Assembly: GCF_009914755.1 (NCBI RefSeq)
Contig: NC_060926.1
Strand: one strand, 5' to 3'
DNA length: 64,000 nt
DNA from: the human T2T-CHM13v2.0 reference genome, Homo sapiens
In this document: positions 46,103 to 59,100 of the stretch, in pieces
Layout of the letters: every line of letters begins with the position of its first letter
Position numbering within the stretch: position 1 is the stretch's first letter
Made by a program: the position numbers and the translations under genes
Notes under the pieces: generated by a model
What the model saw: only the letters and a program-made list of their open reading frames with translations
What the model was told of the DNA's origin: nothing
The model's database searches: none

Positions 46103-49100
46103 TTATTCTTGAAATTCTTGAAATATTCCAGAAGCAAGCAGTGAGTAAATTTTTTTTTTTTTTGCTTCTTTATTGTTACCTATGAATTACTAAATGATCA
46201 AATAGTGGAAAGCAATAGTGTTCTCTTGCAGGAACAGAAGACACGCAATAAGTGAGATGAGTTATTTAGGTTTAGAGGAGAGAATTTTCATTTCAGCAGG
46301 CTGTCTTTTGCAGACCACCAACTGGTAGCAGTTTGGTGTCAGTGTCCTTACCTAAGGAAATGTGGTGATGACAAATACATTGTATTAAATTTTGAAATGA
46401 ACCTGACATTGCAGTTGGAAGTGTCAATAAGATCAGGCTGTGCTGTTCACGCTACAGGAATCAGACTGCAAGGGAGATTAAATTAGAAAGTTTTTGTAGC
46501 CAAGTTCCTCGTTCCCTTTCATTTAGTTGTCTTGCAGTGAAATTAAAGATGAAACTCTAATAATGTTTGGCAATGAGGGACTCCAAAAGAGAAAAATAGA
46601 GACTCATTCTAATCAGAGTTTCCCCATCCACATTTGACGTGAAGGTGGGAGTAGATGTAAACTGGTGAATCAATTTAAATGCTAAAGAGAGAGGAACTGC
46701 AATGCAGGTTTAAATATATTTACTGTATGTTGTCTCTATAAACAGGCATTGTATTTTGAATTACTTCCAATTTCCACCCTGCTGCATACGTAGACATTGC
46801 AAGATAGCTTTTGTCTTTTTTCTCCTTTAGAAAGGGGCCTAAATAAATGACTGTTCCCATCACTACTCCACCAGTGTTTCACAATCAGACTAAATGTAAT
46901 CTGTTTTTTCCAGACTTTAATATTTAGAAATAGCTTAGAGCAAATTGCTTCCTGAGTTGTGCCTGTGTCTCTCATAGGAGTGCTGTCTCCTTTTTCTATC
47001 TCTTCTGAAATTCTTCTTAGGCAATCGACTTTCTGTTCCCATTCTATATGATTCAAGAAGCAAAATGAGTCATAGATTGTACTGATATTTCAAAATGTAG
47101 CTCATGTGATTAAATGGTCAACCCAACCTTTCAGTGAGAATTAATGTGAGATTGTCACCCTTGCTATCCTTTTCATCTTCCCCCCAGACATGTCCTAAGT
47201 TTTTCTATTCCCTATTGTATTCCACTGTAATGCGAATAACAGGGATTAGTTATAGCATTAGTCACAGGGACACAGTTTTGTTTTCACTTTCTGAAATGTA
47301 TTTTAAAGTGGTATTTTGCTGTTTCATATGACCATTGGCTCATTACTCTTGACACATTTACCAGTTTTCCCTCTATGTAGACACAAAAAAAGTAATGAAC
47401 ATGGATAAAACACTTCTCCATTATGACAGAGTAATTTATACTGGTGGTATGGCCAGTATGACTAGAAAAGGAAAAGTAATCAGAGGTTTACACATTCTGT
47501 ACCTGTTCAAATGTGTTCAGGAAATATAGTGGGGAAAAAAAAAAAGCCTTCCTAGAAAGGCCCTTCTACCCCATGCAAAATCAATAATTTTTTTTACTTA
47601 ATCTTATAATCAAATATTTTTTGAATTACTAAATTAATGTATACATATACTTTAACTGATTCATGAGTCAGGAATTCATAGTGTGTAACCTTTTGTGCTC
47701 TGAAATTCCATAGCTCATAATCAGTGCTCCTTTACCTCTGTTACCTTGATGGTAATTTGCTTCCACAGTAAGAGTCATGTTGTTCCCCTGCCTGAGATGC
47801 TTATCCTCCTCTTCTTCTTTGGCTAATTCTTATTTATCCTTTAAAAACTTGAATTGGTGTCCTTCAAGAAACATTTTCTTCACTCTCACTCCAACTATTT
47901 TATGCTGGTCTAGAATCTCAAGTGAATATTATGTTTATCACCTGTGCAAGATTATTTGTCACAGCCATTAATGGTAATTTTATTTCCTTTATAGGTTATT
48001 GGTTCAGAAATGGGTAACGTTAAATTTATTTAGGTCAACAAGATATGAGAAGAGGGACTTGAACAAGGAAGGGTGTTGTTTTAATTGCTGCTGTGATCCA
48101 TCTTATTATAACAGGATATGTAGCTTCAGGATAAAGGCATTACTGTGTACAGTAGGTCAGAGATGGAAAGATACTATGGGTCCTGGAAGATACTGTTGAG
48201 CCACTGAATCAACAGTGTGAGCACTGGCTGTTATGTGAGACAATATATTTCCTTACTGTTAAAGCCAGTTTCTATCAGAGTATTTAACAGTTGCTGCAGA
48301 AATCATTATAACTGATAGACTGCTCATCGTTTGTGTTATCATAACAGTTTGTGATTCAGTTATCAATGCCTTTACTGTATTATATTAAAATTATGTTTAT
48401 TTCTCTGTTTCTGCCATTTGACTCAGCTTCTCAAGGGCACATACCTTGACTCATTTATCATTTTATTCTTGGCATGATACCAGAGTATCTGGTATATTAA
48501 GGTACACTCAATGTTTATAGAATTTGAAAGAGTTATTTCAATTGATTCACACAATAGCCCAATTGGGAACTATTGTTATTTTTTATTCCAAATTTACTGA
48601 TGAGAAAATTGTAGGCAGAGATGTTGATAGTTTAAAGTCACTAAACTAGTAATTTCTGATACCAGAAGTTTGAACTTCAGTTGCAGGACTCCAAACCAGT
48701 GCTTATTCTGCTTTATGAATCTTGGTAAATGCATGTCACATGTACCAACTACATTGACCCTGCCCTGTACCAGACTATGCAATAACTTTCAATAGTTAAG
48801 ATGTTATTTTTTGGTAAAGTCCAACTTGGCCTGAGATTTATTCTCAATGCAGCATTAGAGGCAATTGTGCCAACTCAGTGGGCTAGACTCATGAAACCTA
48901 TTCCTAACCATACACTAAGCATGTTGCCTTTTCTTTCCTTAGTGTGAGCTAAGAGCAAGAGAGATCACCTGTACAACGAAAACATAAAGCCCACACACAT
49001 TTCCCTCTGGCACAAAGTGAGTTTAAGTTAGATATATAGTACATACTTATCTGGTTTTCCCTGCAACTGTAATTCTAATCTTGATCACATTCAGACAGCT

Positions 49101-50388
49101 AAGCAGCATAGAATTTATTCATCAGAATGGATTGGAAGGAGAGAGAAGTAGAGTTTCTGAAAAAGGAGATATGTGAAATCACAAAGAAGATAGGAGACAG
49201 CTCTTTAGGGATAAACAGCTTTTCACTCCTTCATCGTAGAGATATTCCTAGAGGAGGGTGATAGTGGAGCTGCTAATAACACCATATTGAGATGAGTAAG
49301 TTTAGTAAAAAACAAGCAAAATTCGATACACCAAAGTGGTCTTTATTACATCAGAGTTCATTAAATATACTTAACTAAGGATTCTTTGAGAAGGAGAGGT
49401 AGTTATTTCTGTGTTGTTCCAGAAGGCAAATAGGTAGAAATAAAAAGATGACAGATGTTGGCCTAACATTAGAATACATGTTCCATTATAGCTGCCTAGC
49501 AATGGTGAGTAATGAGCTCAGTGTCACCAGAGGCATATTTACAGAGGCTGGGACCAGCTCTTAGGGTTTCTGCAGGGGAATCTCCTCAGTATCCTGCAAG
49601 TGAAGGTAGCTCTGTGGACCATCTGCTGCCACTTTGGACAGGACAATTTTGTATTTTTCCTCGTTGTCCTGCAATTAATGATATGTAGCATCTCTGGCAC
49701 TCCCCCATGGATTGACAGTCATGTCCCCTCATCATCATGGCAAACAAAATGGACCACATAGTTTTTATTGTCCCCATAAGGCATGGTGATATTGCTCTTG
49801 GTAGAAAACCACAGGCAAGGAGATGTCTAGTTTTTCCCAAATTATCAAGATTATGTTTAATTACATAAATGATTTTAATTAATCAATTTTAATATTAAAA
49901 TTTAAGTTAGAATGGATTAAGGAAATTAGCAGTATATTTTGAGTGCATTGTAATTAAAAGCTAAAATAAGATCAGGCTGCAAGTTTAAATTGGAAACTTC
50001 AGGTAAATAGAAAATTCACTTATCCAGAAGGGCCAATCAGCATCCTTATTTGTAAATAGGGTTTCTTTGTTTGTAAGGCGTCCCAGCAGGTATGAGAAGA
50101 TAATATGAAAGGGAAAGTATAACTACCTCTTTAGAGAAATACTAAGGCATATGGGCATTTGTTTATTGAGACAAGTAGGACCCTGTGCTTTAGGAACTTG
50201 GCAGGGAGCACAGTCACAAAATCATTTCCATGCAATATTTATCACAGGCGCAGCTGAGAGAAACAGTGTATGTCCAGATATTCCGAAATCCTTCCCTGAA
50301 TTAATTCTGACTGGAGAGAGCTGTGTGCCTGGAGAACATAATATTGACAACTTACAGAATTATTTTTACAGAAATGTTCACAGCTGTG

Positions 50389-50458
50389 ATAGTGTATGAA
50401 GCTGCCTATAGTGTATGAAGCTGCCTATAGTGTATGAAGCTGCCTATAGTGTATGAAG
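50389..50458 (+). repeat. 19-bp tandem repeat, 3.7 perfect copies
   Basis: (atagtgtatgaagctgcct)x3 plus atagtgtatgaag. Confidence 0.97.
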
Positions 50459-50764
50459 TTATAAGACTCTTCACCATGAAACTCATTGTCATTTCTTCAA
50501 AAGGTATGAGATTTAGGGTCATTACCTTGTATGTTTCCGCATCCTGTATGAGAATCCGTAGGAGTAACACTGGTCAGTTCTAAATCAAACATACTCGCCC
50601 ATCTCTTTGTAATAATATAGCTGCCAGCATAGGTTGAGTGCACCCTGAAAATTATACTGATGACCGGATTCCCAGATTGTCTCCTTCCTGGACTCATTTT
50701 ACGTCCTTCCTTTCTTTCATATCATTTGAGTGTCATCGTGTATACTGTGTATCACTCCTAATTT

Positions 50765-50970
50765 CTCCACTTGCTAGGTGTGTGACTTTGAGAAAGTTAC
50801 TGCTCTCTTTGGCATCTCAGTTTTGCTGTGAGAAATGGAAATTAGAATAGGACCTACATCATAAATTTGATATAGATGCTGATTTCATCTATGTCAAGTT
50901 CTTAAAACAGTTCCTGGCATGTGAATACTGCTGCAGAAATGTCAGCTCTTATCATTATTATAATTATCTT
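50765..50970 (+). mobile_element. MIR SINE
   Basis: cacttgctaggtgtgtgactttgagaaagttac...ctcagttttgctgtgagaaatgg. Confidence 0.7.
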
Positions 50971-52021
50971 TCATTTTGTGTAAAAAAACTTACTTAAATA
51001 CTTTATAGAATGAATTGGTGGTATCAGTTAGTGGAAATGACAACTGATTTCAGGCAATTGATTATCTCTCAGAGGCCTAGTTTCCAGACTTATGGTCGTA
51101 AGGATGCTATTTTGTAAAATTTTTGTTTTATTAACTCTTTTGTATTTTAAAATCTTTAGATTTACAGAAACATTGAAGAGTTGAGGAAACAGTACAGTGC
51201 GTTCCTTTGTATTCCCTGTGCACTGCCCCAATGTAAACATCTCACATAACCATAGTTCAATGATCACAAATTAGAAATTTAACACTGGTATAATATAGCT
51301 TGTTTTGAGGGTTAAAAAAGATAACATGAAGGCTTAATGGAAGATCTGGCAGCTATCTTGATTTTTCTGGAAGTTGCTCATATCTGCAAGAGTGGAGTGT
51401 CTGGTAATCTTCAGTCAATCCAGATGTTTGAAAGCATTATTTACAAATCATGATTGTAAAAAGTTAGAATATTTGAACTGGAAGGTGCAGGCATAGCCCA
51501 CATTATAGTCTGAGATCACGTTCTTAAAAAGAATGACTTGTTTTTTTAATTAATTAAAGAAAATGCCTTAGTAATAGCACAATTTACTATAAATCCTGGC
51601 ATATCCCTCTGGTAATAGGGAGGAAATTTTGTGGCCTCAGGCTCTGATAGTAACATGAGCCAAGCAGCTATGGGATGGGCCGTAATTATACCCAGTGTCA
51701 AAACAAGGGACCTAGGTATTGATGGATGTAGGCCTTTACATGCAATAGGAAAGAACATCTATGGAAAATCAATTTCTTTGTTGTGAAAAATGGCTCATTG
51801 TCATTTCTAACATTTTACTTTGGGCTGATTTCATTTTTAGTGTTCAAATTTGTTTATGTCATACAATAAGGATGAAAAATGCCTGTGTTCTCTAGCGGTT
51901 TTGATTAAAGATAATGGAACCTTCTGTTTATATACTACTTTCCACTTTCAAAATGCTTACTTTCACTTACATTATTTCATTTTACTCCTTATAACAGCCC
52001 TGCATGGTGGTCAGGCATTGG

Positions 52022-52354
52022 TGGTTCTCACAGTTCTGCAAGCTGGAAATCCAAGATCAAGGAAATAGCCAGGTTCAGTGTGTCTAGTGAGGAGTCCATC
52101 TCTCCTTCCAAGATGGTGCCTTTTTCCTGCATCTTCAGGAGAGAAGGGACACTGTGTCCTCGTATGGTGAAACGCAGAGGAGGGAAAAAGGGCTAAGCAC
52201 TGTGAGAAACCTCTATTACAAGGGCCTTAGTCCCATGCAGGAGAGAGGAGCCCTCATAACAAAATCTCTTAATGGCCCCTCTTCTTAATATTATCACATT
52301 GGCCATTAAGTTTTAACTCATGAATTTTTGAGGGTACACATTCAAACCACAGCA
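52022..52354 (-). mobile_element. MLT1A-like LTR (partial) inserted in a MIR
   Basis: tctcacagttctgcaagctggaaatccaagatcaagg...ttcaaaccacagca; MIR resumes with cccattttacagcagaggagattga. Confidence 0.8.
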
Positions 52355-53210
52355 GTGACTTACTCCCATTTTACAGCAGAGGAGATTGAAAATAAGGGAG
52401 GGTTAAGACATGCCTGTGATCACAAGACAAGTGTATTTACAAAGTCTGAGCTCCTGAATCCTAGGATTCTATGTGGAAACACAGTTGAGACAGCTACTAT
52501 GAAATAATGAAATTTATATATCTAAAAATGTCTATCACTTATGCAATCTAGGGGAATTTTTTAAAATTCCACATGTACATATCCATATTCATATCAACTG
52601 TCTATATTTGTCTATATTGTCTATATGTCATATGTCTAAGTCTATATCTATATCTAGCTGCTTCTAACATTCTCATTCCTTAGACCAATATTTTGGGCAA
52701 GAGAAGAAAAGAAAGCCAGAGATCCAGAGGCAAGGCAAAAATAATAGAAAGCCCACTGTACTAGAAAACTATTCTTAAGGCATAGATGGGCCAAAACTAA
52801 TTTGAAATTTGTTTGGAAGTGATAATAGGCATTTGGGAATATGAGGCTTCATTCTACTCTCCCAAAATGAAATTATTGGGAAAAGTTCTTTATTCTCTTT
52901 TGAATTATATATAGTTAGTTATAGTCACAGATGAATGACTTTTAGCTTTTTGTTTTGTTTTGTCATTCCCTCATTCTCTCAGGTATCACAACAAATAGTG
53001 GACAGCTACATTATGGAGAATAAAAATGGCATGCCTGATCAAAAGCTTTGGGTGGCCCCAAAAAGGAGCCCGAGAATTGGCAAACAGTTATCCAGAAGAG
53101 AATATATTTCATACAATAAAAGCAACATATTTATATAACTTATTAAAGAAAAAAATTTGTGTGGAGTCTCTAGCCACAGGGCTGACTGCAAAGTTATATC
53201 TCTAGTGCCT

Positions 53211-54978
53211 TTTTTTTTTCAACTTTTATTTTAGATTCTGGGGGTACATGTGCAGGTTTGTTACAAAGGTATATTGTGTGATGCTGATGTTTGGGGAACG
53301 ATTGAATCCATCACCCAAGAAATGAGCATACTCCCCAATAGGTGGTTTTTCATCCATCCCTTGCCCCCTTTTATACTCTCCAGTATCTATTGTTCTCATA
53401 TTTATGTTCATGTGTACTCATGTTTTAACTCCCACTGATAAGTGAGGATATGCAGTATTTGGTTTTCTGTTCCTGCTTTAGTTCACTTAGGATAATGGTC
53501 TCCAGAGCATCCATGTCACTGGAAAGGACATGATTTTGTCCTTTTATACGGCTGCATAGTATTCCATGATGTATACATACCGCATTTTTTAATGCAATCC
53601 ACCTTTGATGGGCATCTAGGTTGATTCTATGTCTCTGCTATTGTGACTAGCTCTGCAGTGAACCTATGAGTTCATGTGTTTGTGGTAGAACAGTTTATTT
53701 TCCTTTGGCTATATACTCAGTAGTGAGATTGCAGGGTTGAATTGTGTTTCTGTTTTAAGTTCTTTGGGAAATCTCCAAACTGCTTTCCACAGGGACTGAA
53801 CTCATTTACATTCCCACCAACAGTGTATAAGCATTCCCTTTTCTCTACGGCCTTGCCAGCATCTGTTGTTTTTTGACTTTTTAACAAAAGCCATTCTGAC
53901 TAAGATGGTGTCTCATTGTGGTTTTGATTTGCATTTCTCTGATGATTAGTGATGTTGAGCATTTTTTCATGTTTGTTGTCCACTTGTATATCTTCTTTGG
54001 AGAAGTATCTGTTCATATCCTTTGCCTACTTTTTAGTGTGGTTATTTTGTTTTTGCTTGTTGATTTAAGTTCCTTGTTGATTTTGGATATTAGGCCTTTG
54101 TTGGATGCAGAGTTTGAAAATATTTCTTCCCATTCTATAGGATGTCTGTTTACTCCATCGATAGTTTTTCTTGCTGTGCAGAAGCTCTTTAATTTAATTA
54201 GGTTTCACTTGTCAATTTTTGTTTTTGTTGCAATTGCTTTTAAGGACCTAGCCATAAATTATTTGCCAAAGCCCGTGTTGTGAAGGGTATTTCCTAGGTT
54301 TTCTTCTAAGAATTTTGTAGTTTGAGGTCTTCTATTTCAGTCTTTATCTTGAGTTAATTTCTGTATATGGTGAAAGGTAAGGGTTCAGTTTTATTCTTCC
54401 GCAAATGGCTAGACAGTTATCCCAGCACCATTTATGGAATAGGGAGTCCTTTCCTTATTGCTTTATGGACTTTGGATGACTGTAGATGTGTGGCTTTATT
54501 TTTGAGTTCTCTGTTTTGTTCCATTGATCTTTTTGTCTGTGTTTGTACCCATACTATGTTGGTTTGATTACTGTTGTCTTGTAGTGTAGTTTGAAGTCAG
54601 GTAACATGATTCCTCTGAATTTGTTCTCTTTGCTTAGGATTACTTTGACTATTAGGACTCTTTTTTGGTTCCAGATGAATTTTAGAATTATTTTTTCTAC
54701 TTGTATAAAAAATAACATTTGTAGTTTGATAGAAATAGTGTTGAATCTATACATTGTTTTGAACAGTATGACCACTTTAATATTGATTCTTCCAATCCAT
54801 GAACATGGATGTTTTTCCATTTGTTTCTGTCATATCTGATTTTTTTCAGCAGTGTTTTGTAGTTCTTTTTATAGAGATCTTTCACCTCCTTGGTAAGAAG
54901 TTTTCCTGGGTATTTTATTCTTTTTGTGGCTATTGTAAATGCAATTCCACTTACAATAGCCACAAAAAGAGTAAAATA
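53211..54978 (-). mobile_element. L1PA (older, about PA15-16) 3' ~1.75 kb with a short 5' inversion
   Basis: T-tail then ttttattttagattctgggggtacatgtgcaggtttgttac; ORF2-like minus-strand peptides ([11 protein letters not shown]; KFIWNQKR); perfect 12-bp TSD tctagtgccttt (53201-53212 / 54979-54990). Confidence 0.95.
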
Positions 54979-55974
54979 TCTAGTGCCTTTAAAAAATTAT
55001 GCTCAGAAAATCCAAGTGGCTTATGTGATTGGGTAAAGAAAGTATAGATATGCTTTCCTAGGTGATCTTTCCATTCTTTCACTAGGAGATGTCATTTGAA
55101 GTCGTTTTAGTGTCTGTGAAAATGTAGCCGTTGCCAACCCTTTGACATTGGATAGCTATTGTCTTAGGAACTGCTCTGCGAGGACAGAGGCAACACTGAG
55201 AATGACAGCATGGCTTCTCCAGGGCTAAGGTGGACAGGTGGCTTGTGAACCAACCAGAGTGTTTCACAAAGGAATGACCTGACCTGCCTGTTCCTCAGGA
55301 GATCTGTGAGCTCTACACAGTGACTTGCCACATAGACCATGGTGTGCAAGTTTTTTACAAAGCTCAAGAGCAGCACTTCCTTTTAAGGGATTAGAGGGCA
55401 GGAAGTGTTTTGAATTCTCAGTTACTTCCTTTTGCCTGAAGAACTGTCCTGAAACCATGTTTGTAATCTTGAATAAATGCGTTAGATCAATGCACAATGA
55501 GTTGCACAGTTGAGACAGGTATCTTCCTGATCTCTGTGTTGTAAGAGGCTAGAAATACAAGATTAGAAGTTGATTTGGGAAGCCTGAAATGAATGCCAGA
55601 GTAACTACCACTACCCCAGAAAGCCATGAGAATCCTGAGAAAGGGAGTTATGGCTGTGGTGAAAGAAATATGTTGTTATTTATTTTGCATTATCTTTGGT
55701 GGTTAGATAATATCTTGTGTTGATAGACTATCATATTCAACCCATATTTCCTTTGCTGTATATAGTATATAATGTATACTTCATTTTTTCTCAATCTGGC
55801 TAATTTATTTTACTTATTTTTAATTTTTGTTCCAATGTTCCCTTCATCCACATCCCCTCCTACCTGTGTATGTACTCCTGATCTGAGATTTTAATATCAA
55901 ATTTGAAAAAAAAAATTCTGTATTTGCTTTCCATGGGAAATCCCCAATGTTTAGAACTACCAGCTCTAGACACT

Positions 55975-56070
55975 GTAAGATAAGTCTCATTGTTCATCTG
56001 GTATCTCCAACACTTAGCATGGTGCCTGGCTCATGGTAGGTACTCGATATTTAAAGAATTAAATGAATGC
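55975..56070 (+). mobile_element. L2 3' end
   Basis: tatctccaacacttagcatggtgcctggctcatggtaggtactcgatattt...aatgaatg. Confidence 0.7.
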
Positions 56071-57455
56071 TGGATTTACCCAATGACAATGTAGGAATCA
56101 AGATGTAAGAGCTAAAAGAATCGTAGGCATTGAATTCAACCCTTTCATTACACTGAGATTCAAAGGAGTTTACTTTTTCAAAGAGAGGTAGTGCTGAGAC
56201 CAGAATCCAATCACCTTGCAGCCTGCCAAGAGCTCCTTCTCCCTCTCTATTTACCAGCAAATGGATATTTCATGTTTCAGACCAGTGCCACCTTCTTCTT
56301 GTTCTTATGAATTGGAGTGCTGAAGGTAGATACTCTATCTGGAAGTCTTCTAACCCATTCATTTAACAGATAATTTTCCAAATTATTTTCCATGGGATAT
56401 TAGTTCCAGGGCCTCCTAATGAATAACCTGGAAAAATAGATCTTCCAATAAAATAAAAGTGTACAAGACTGCATATTTTATCTCTCTTACGGAAACTCAT
56501 GATACACATTACCATAGAAAGGGCTGCAGGCAGAATACCTCTGAAGACCTGCTTAATTGTGTTTCCTTGGGAGTGTCCTAAATTGTTGGAACATTGGATA
56601 TTTTATTTGTAAAGTACATACTGACACTTTGTGGAATTGTTTTCCTACAGATAGCATTTTGGGGATGGCTGTCATCTAACTTCCAGGTTTGACAATGTGT
56701 TACCCAGTGTTCTGCAGTCCTTAGGAGCAGCATCTCTTTTCTATGCTGTAGTAAATTTGAAAATGGACCTGGGCACTTTAAGATATGTATATATGGATAT
56801 TAGCCATACCAGGCATTTATCAGAAACATATATTGAACTGAAGTTTTCACAGGAAAGATGGAGGAAGAGTTTTACATAGAGTGGTCATTTACCCCGGTTT
56901 GCTCAGTGAAACCCCATTTATCCCCATTGTCCTGCTGTCATTATGAATGCCACTACATTTCAACTTCAGAAATGTCCTGATTTTGACACATTGTAATTCT
57001 TCCAAGCCTAGAGCCACCATATTAGCTATTGTTTTTCTCTTGGCCACATTCTCTTCTCTGGCAGCCAATTCCCATCTCATCTTCCTTCCTTCATTTTCCT
57101 CCACACCACACTCAGTTCCCACTTCCCTGGCTGCTGCTTTGTTAGGCAGAGTTGTCCTGTAGCTATATAAACCCAGGGGCAGCTCCTTTTCACCAGAAGT
57201 GAGGGTTCGTAAATTCTTGTCAGAAAACTGGTTTCTCCCTATCAAAGGGTTTTCAACACTTGTCAAGAACCTATGAGTGAAAAAACCAGAAAGTTAACAA
57301 CAACAACAAAAATCCCCCTGTATACATAGGCCCTGTAACATCATCCCCAGCACTGAGCCTTTGCTTGTCCACATCCATTATGGTGTTCGCTCTAGGCCCT
57401 GCTCTTTCTCAGGGCCTCTAGTGTCACCACTTAGGAAGCCACAAGGTCAACGTCA

Positions 57456-57568
57456 CCCATGGCCTATGCCCTCTAGAGCTTCGTTCAAGTCTGCTCCATC
57501 CACAGGGTCCTCCCCATGACCTATGCCCTCCAGAGCTTGGTTCAAATCTGCTCCATCCATAGGTTCCT
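57456..57568 (+). repeat. 57-bp tandem duplication (two copies)
   Basis: Copies start at 57456 and 57513; 6 mismatches in 56 aligned nt. Confidence 0.92.
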
Positions 57569-57648
57569 GTCCTCAGGATTCTTCACACTGACTTTCTGGT
57601 CACTTCGTACCCGTCTCTACTTGCCATGGTACCATGCTCTGCATTGCA

Positions 57649-57707
57649 TGTTTTTGTTGCGATTGCTTTTAAGAACTTAGCTATAAATTCTTTGCCAAGG
57701 GTATTTC
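57649..57707 (-). mobile_element. Isolated ~60-bp internal L1 fragment
   Basis: 45/50 identity to 54220-54269, followed by gggtatttc (compare 54285-54293). Confidence 0.8.
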
Positions 57708-58679
57708 TGACTCTGACTATGCGGACCTCACAGACGGCTCCCTTCTCTCATCTGCTATTTCACACAAACTTCTTACTGCATGGCTTCACATTTATTCAAC
57801 TCTGTATTCTAAGTTGAGCTTCCTTCTTATATATGCTCCTCAAAAATAGAAACTGTCTTAATAAGTCTAAATTGCCTTCCATTCCTAGCACATTGTTAGA
57901 CTCGAATCAGTCAGGGATTTTCAATCATAGAAGGTATTTTAAGTACCATCTAGTTCAGTCCTTAAACATGTTCAGAGACTTACGTGAGGTCACCCATTTG
58001 TGGAAAGCCAGTCCAGGTTGCCAGGAAGAACTGTGGGTTAATAAGGGGGAATAGCCCACAATTAAGGCTTGGAAGGTCTAGATCACTATGTAGGCTTCCG
58101 CTGGATGTGACTAACTAGAGAATTTCTGCTGCTTATTGTCTCCTATTTCTCATAGGCAATAGCATGGAGATGATTTTTTGAACTCTGTGGGTTTGAAATG
58201 AAGACTACATGAGACAATGTATATGCCATGTGCTATTCCAAATCTAGGATGTACCAGGCGCTTAGTGCATGATAGTTCATATCAATTTTTTTTCTGATTT
58301 TTCATTCTTTTGTGTGCAAGTGGCTTGAAGAACGGAAGCAAGTTGCCTGACTTTGGGCAGCTTATGATGTAGAATTGGCATCATAACATCTGCTCCGAGG
58401 TGTCTCTGAGGAGGGTTGGGAGCATGGGATTGCCATGGTGACAGGGATTCTGCCAGACCCGCCTGCAGCAAGGGAGCTTGCTCTTTTTCTGAACCCATCG
58501 ACTTTGATGACACTTGGCAAAAGTATCCTCGGGTGTTTGCAGCATTGGTTTCTGTACTGCACGGTCCTTCTGGTCATCCTTTCCTGGGCTTTCATGAGTC
58601 ACAGTAACAACTTCAGTGCTGAATATGGAACCAGAATCCCCTGGGGCTGGTTAAAGCACATATGCATATCTAACACTAT

Positions 58680-59100
58680 AATTCAGAGAGGAAATGATTT
58701 ACAGTTCACAATGTCAGGTAACATTTCCTAGGAGCATAGTATTTTCACATCTTTTAAGGGGATTGCACCTTTTCCCTCGTGTGGAGAGTTGATGGGGTGT
58801 GCTCCCCGTCAGCTGTCACTGCTGCTCTAGGAGAAGGCTGCCCACTGACAGTCTGGCGGCTGTTTGCTGGCAGCGGACTGCTGCGTGTCTCCTTGGGGCA
58901 GACCATTTATCACAGGTCTAAGCCAGGACTGAGAGACGCTGCAATTTCACAGCCACACTCCTGCTGACAGGCGATCACCCAAGCTGCCTACTGCAGTGTG
59001 CCTTTGCCCTTACAAAAGATCCTGGGGCCCGAGCAGGGTTTCTCTCATGAAGGGCCTCTGGCAGAGTCTGCTGTCTGCAGAGGTGCTGATGATAACCCCT
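58680..59100. promoter_or_regulatory. Candidate intronic enhancer
   Basis: GC- and CpG-elevated sequence with no recognised repeat; TGATTTAC (58695), three TGACAG sites (58813 rc, 58846, 58965), E-box CAGCTG (58810). Motif inference only. Confidence 0.3.

Noticed and set aside
50389-50462. 19-bp repeats as a CRISPR array; terminal tgtatgaagttat resembles a loxP arm (11/13)
   Set aside because: The repeats are head-to-tail with no spacers. There is no inverted partner arm 8 bp away, so it is not a lox site.
58416-58607. Cys/Trp-containing ORF (GAWDCHG...CSKGACS) as another TSR exon
   Set aside because: No WxxW or RxR spacing, no compatible splice sites, and it does not match the expected next THSD7B peptide.
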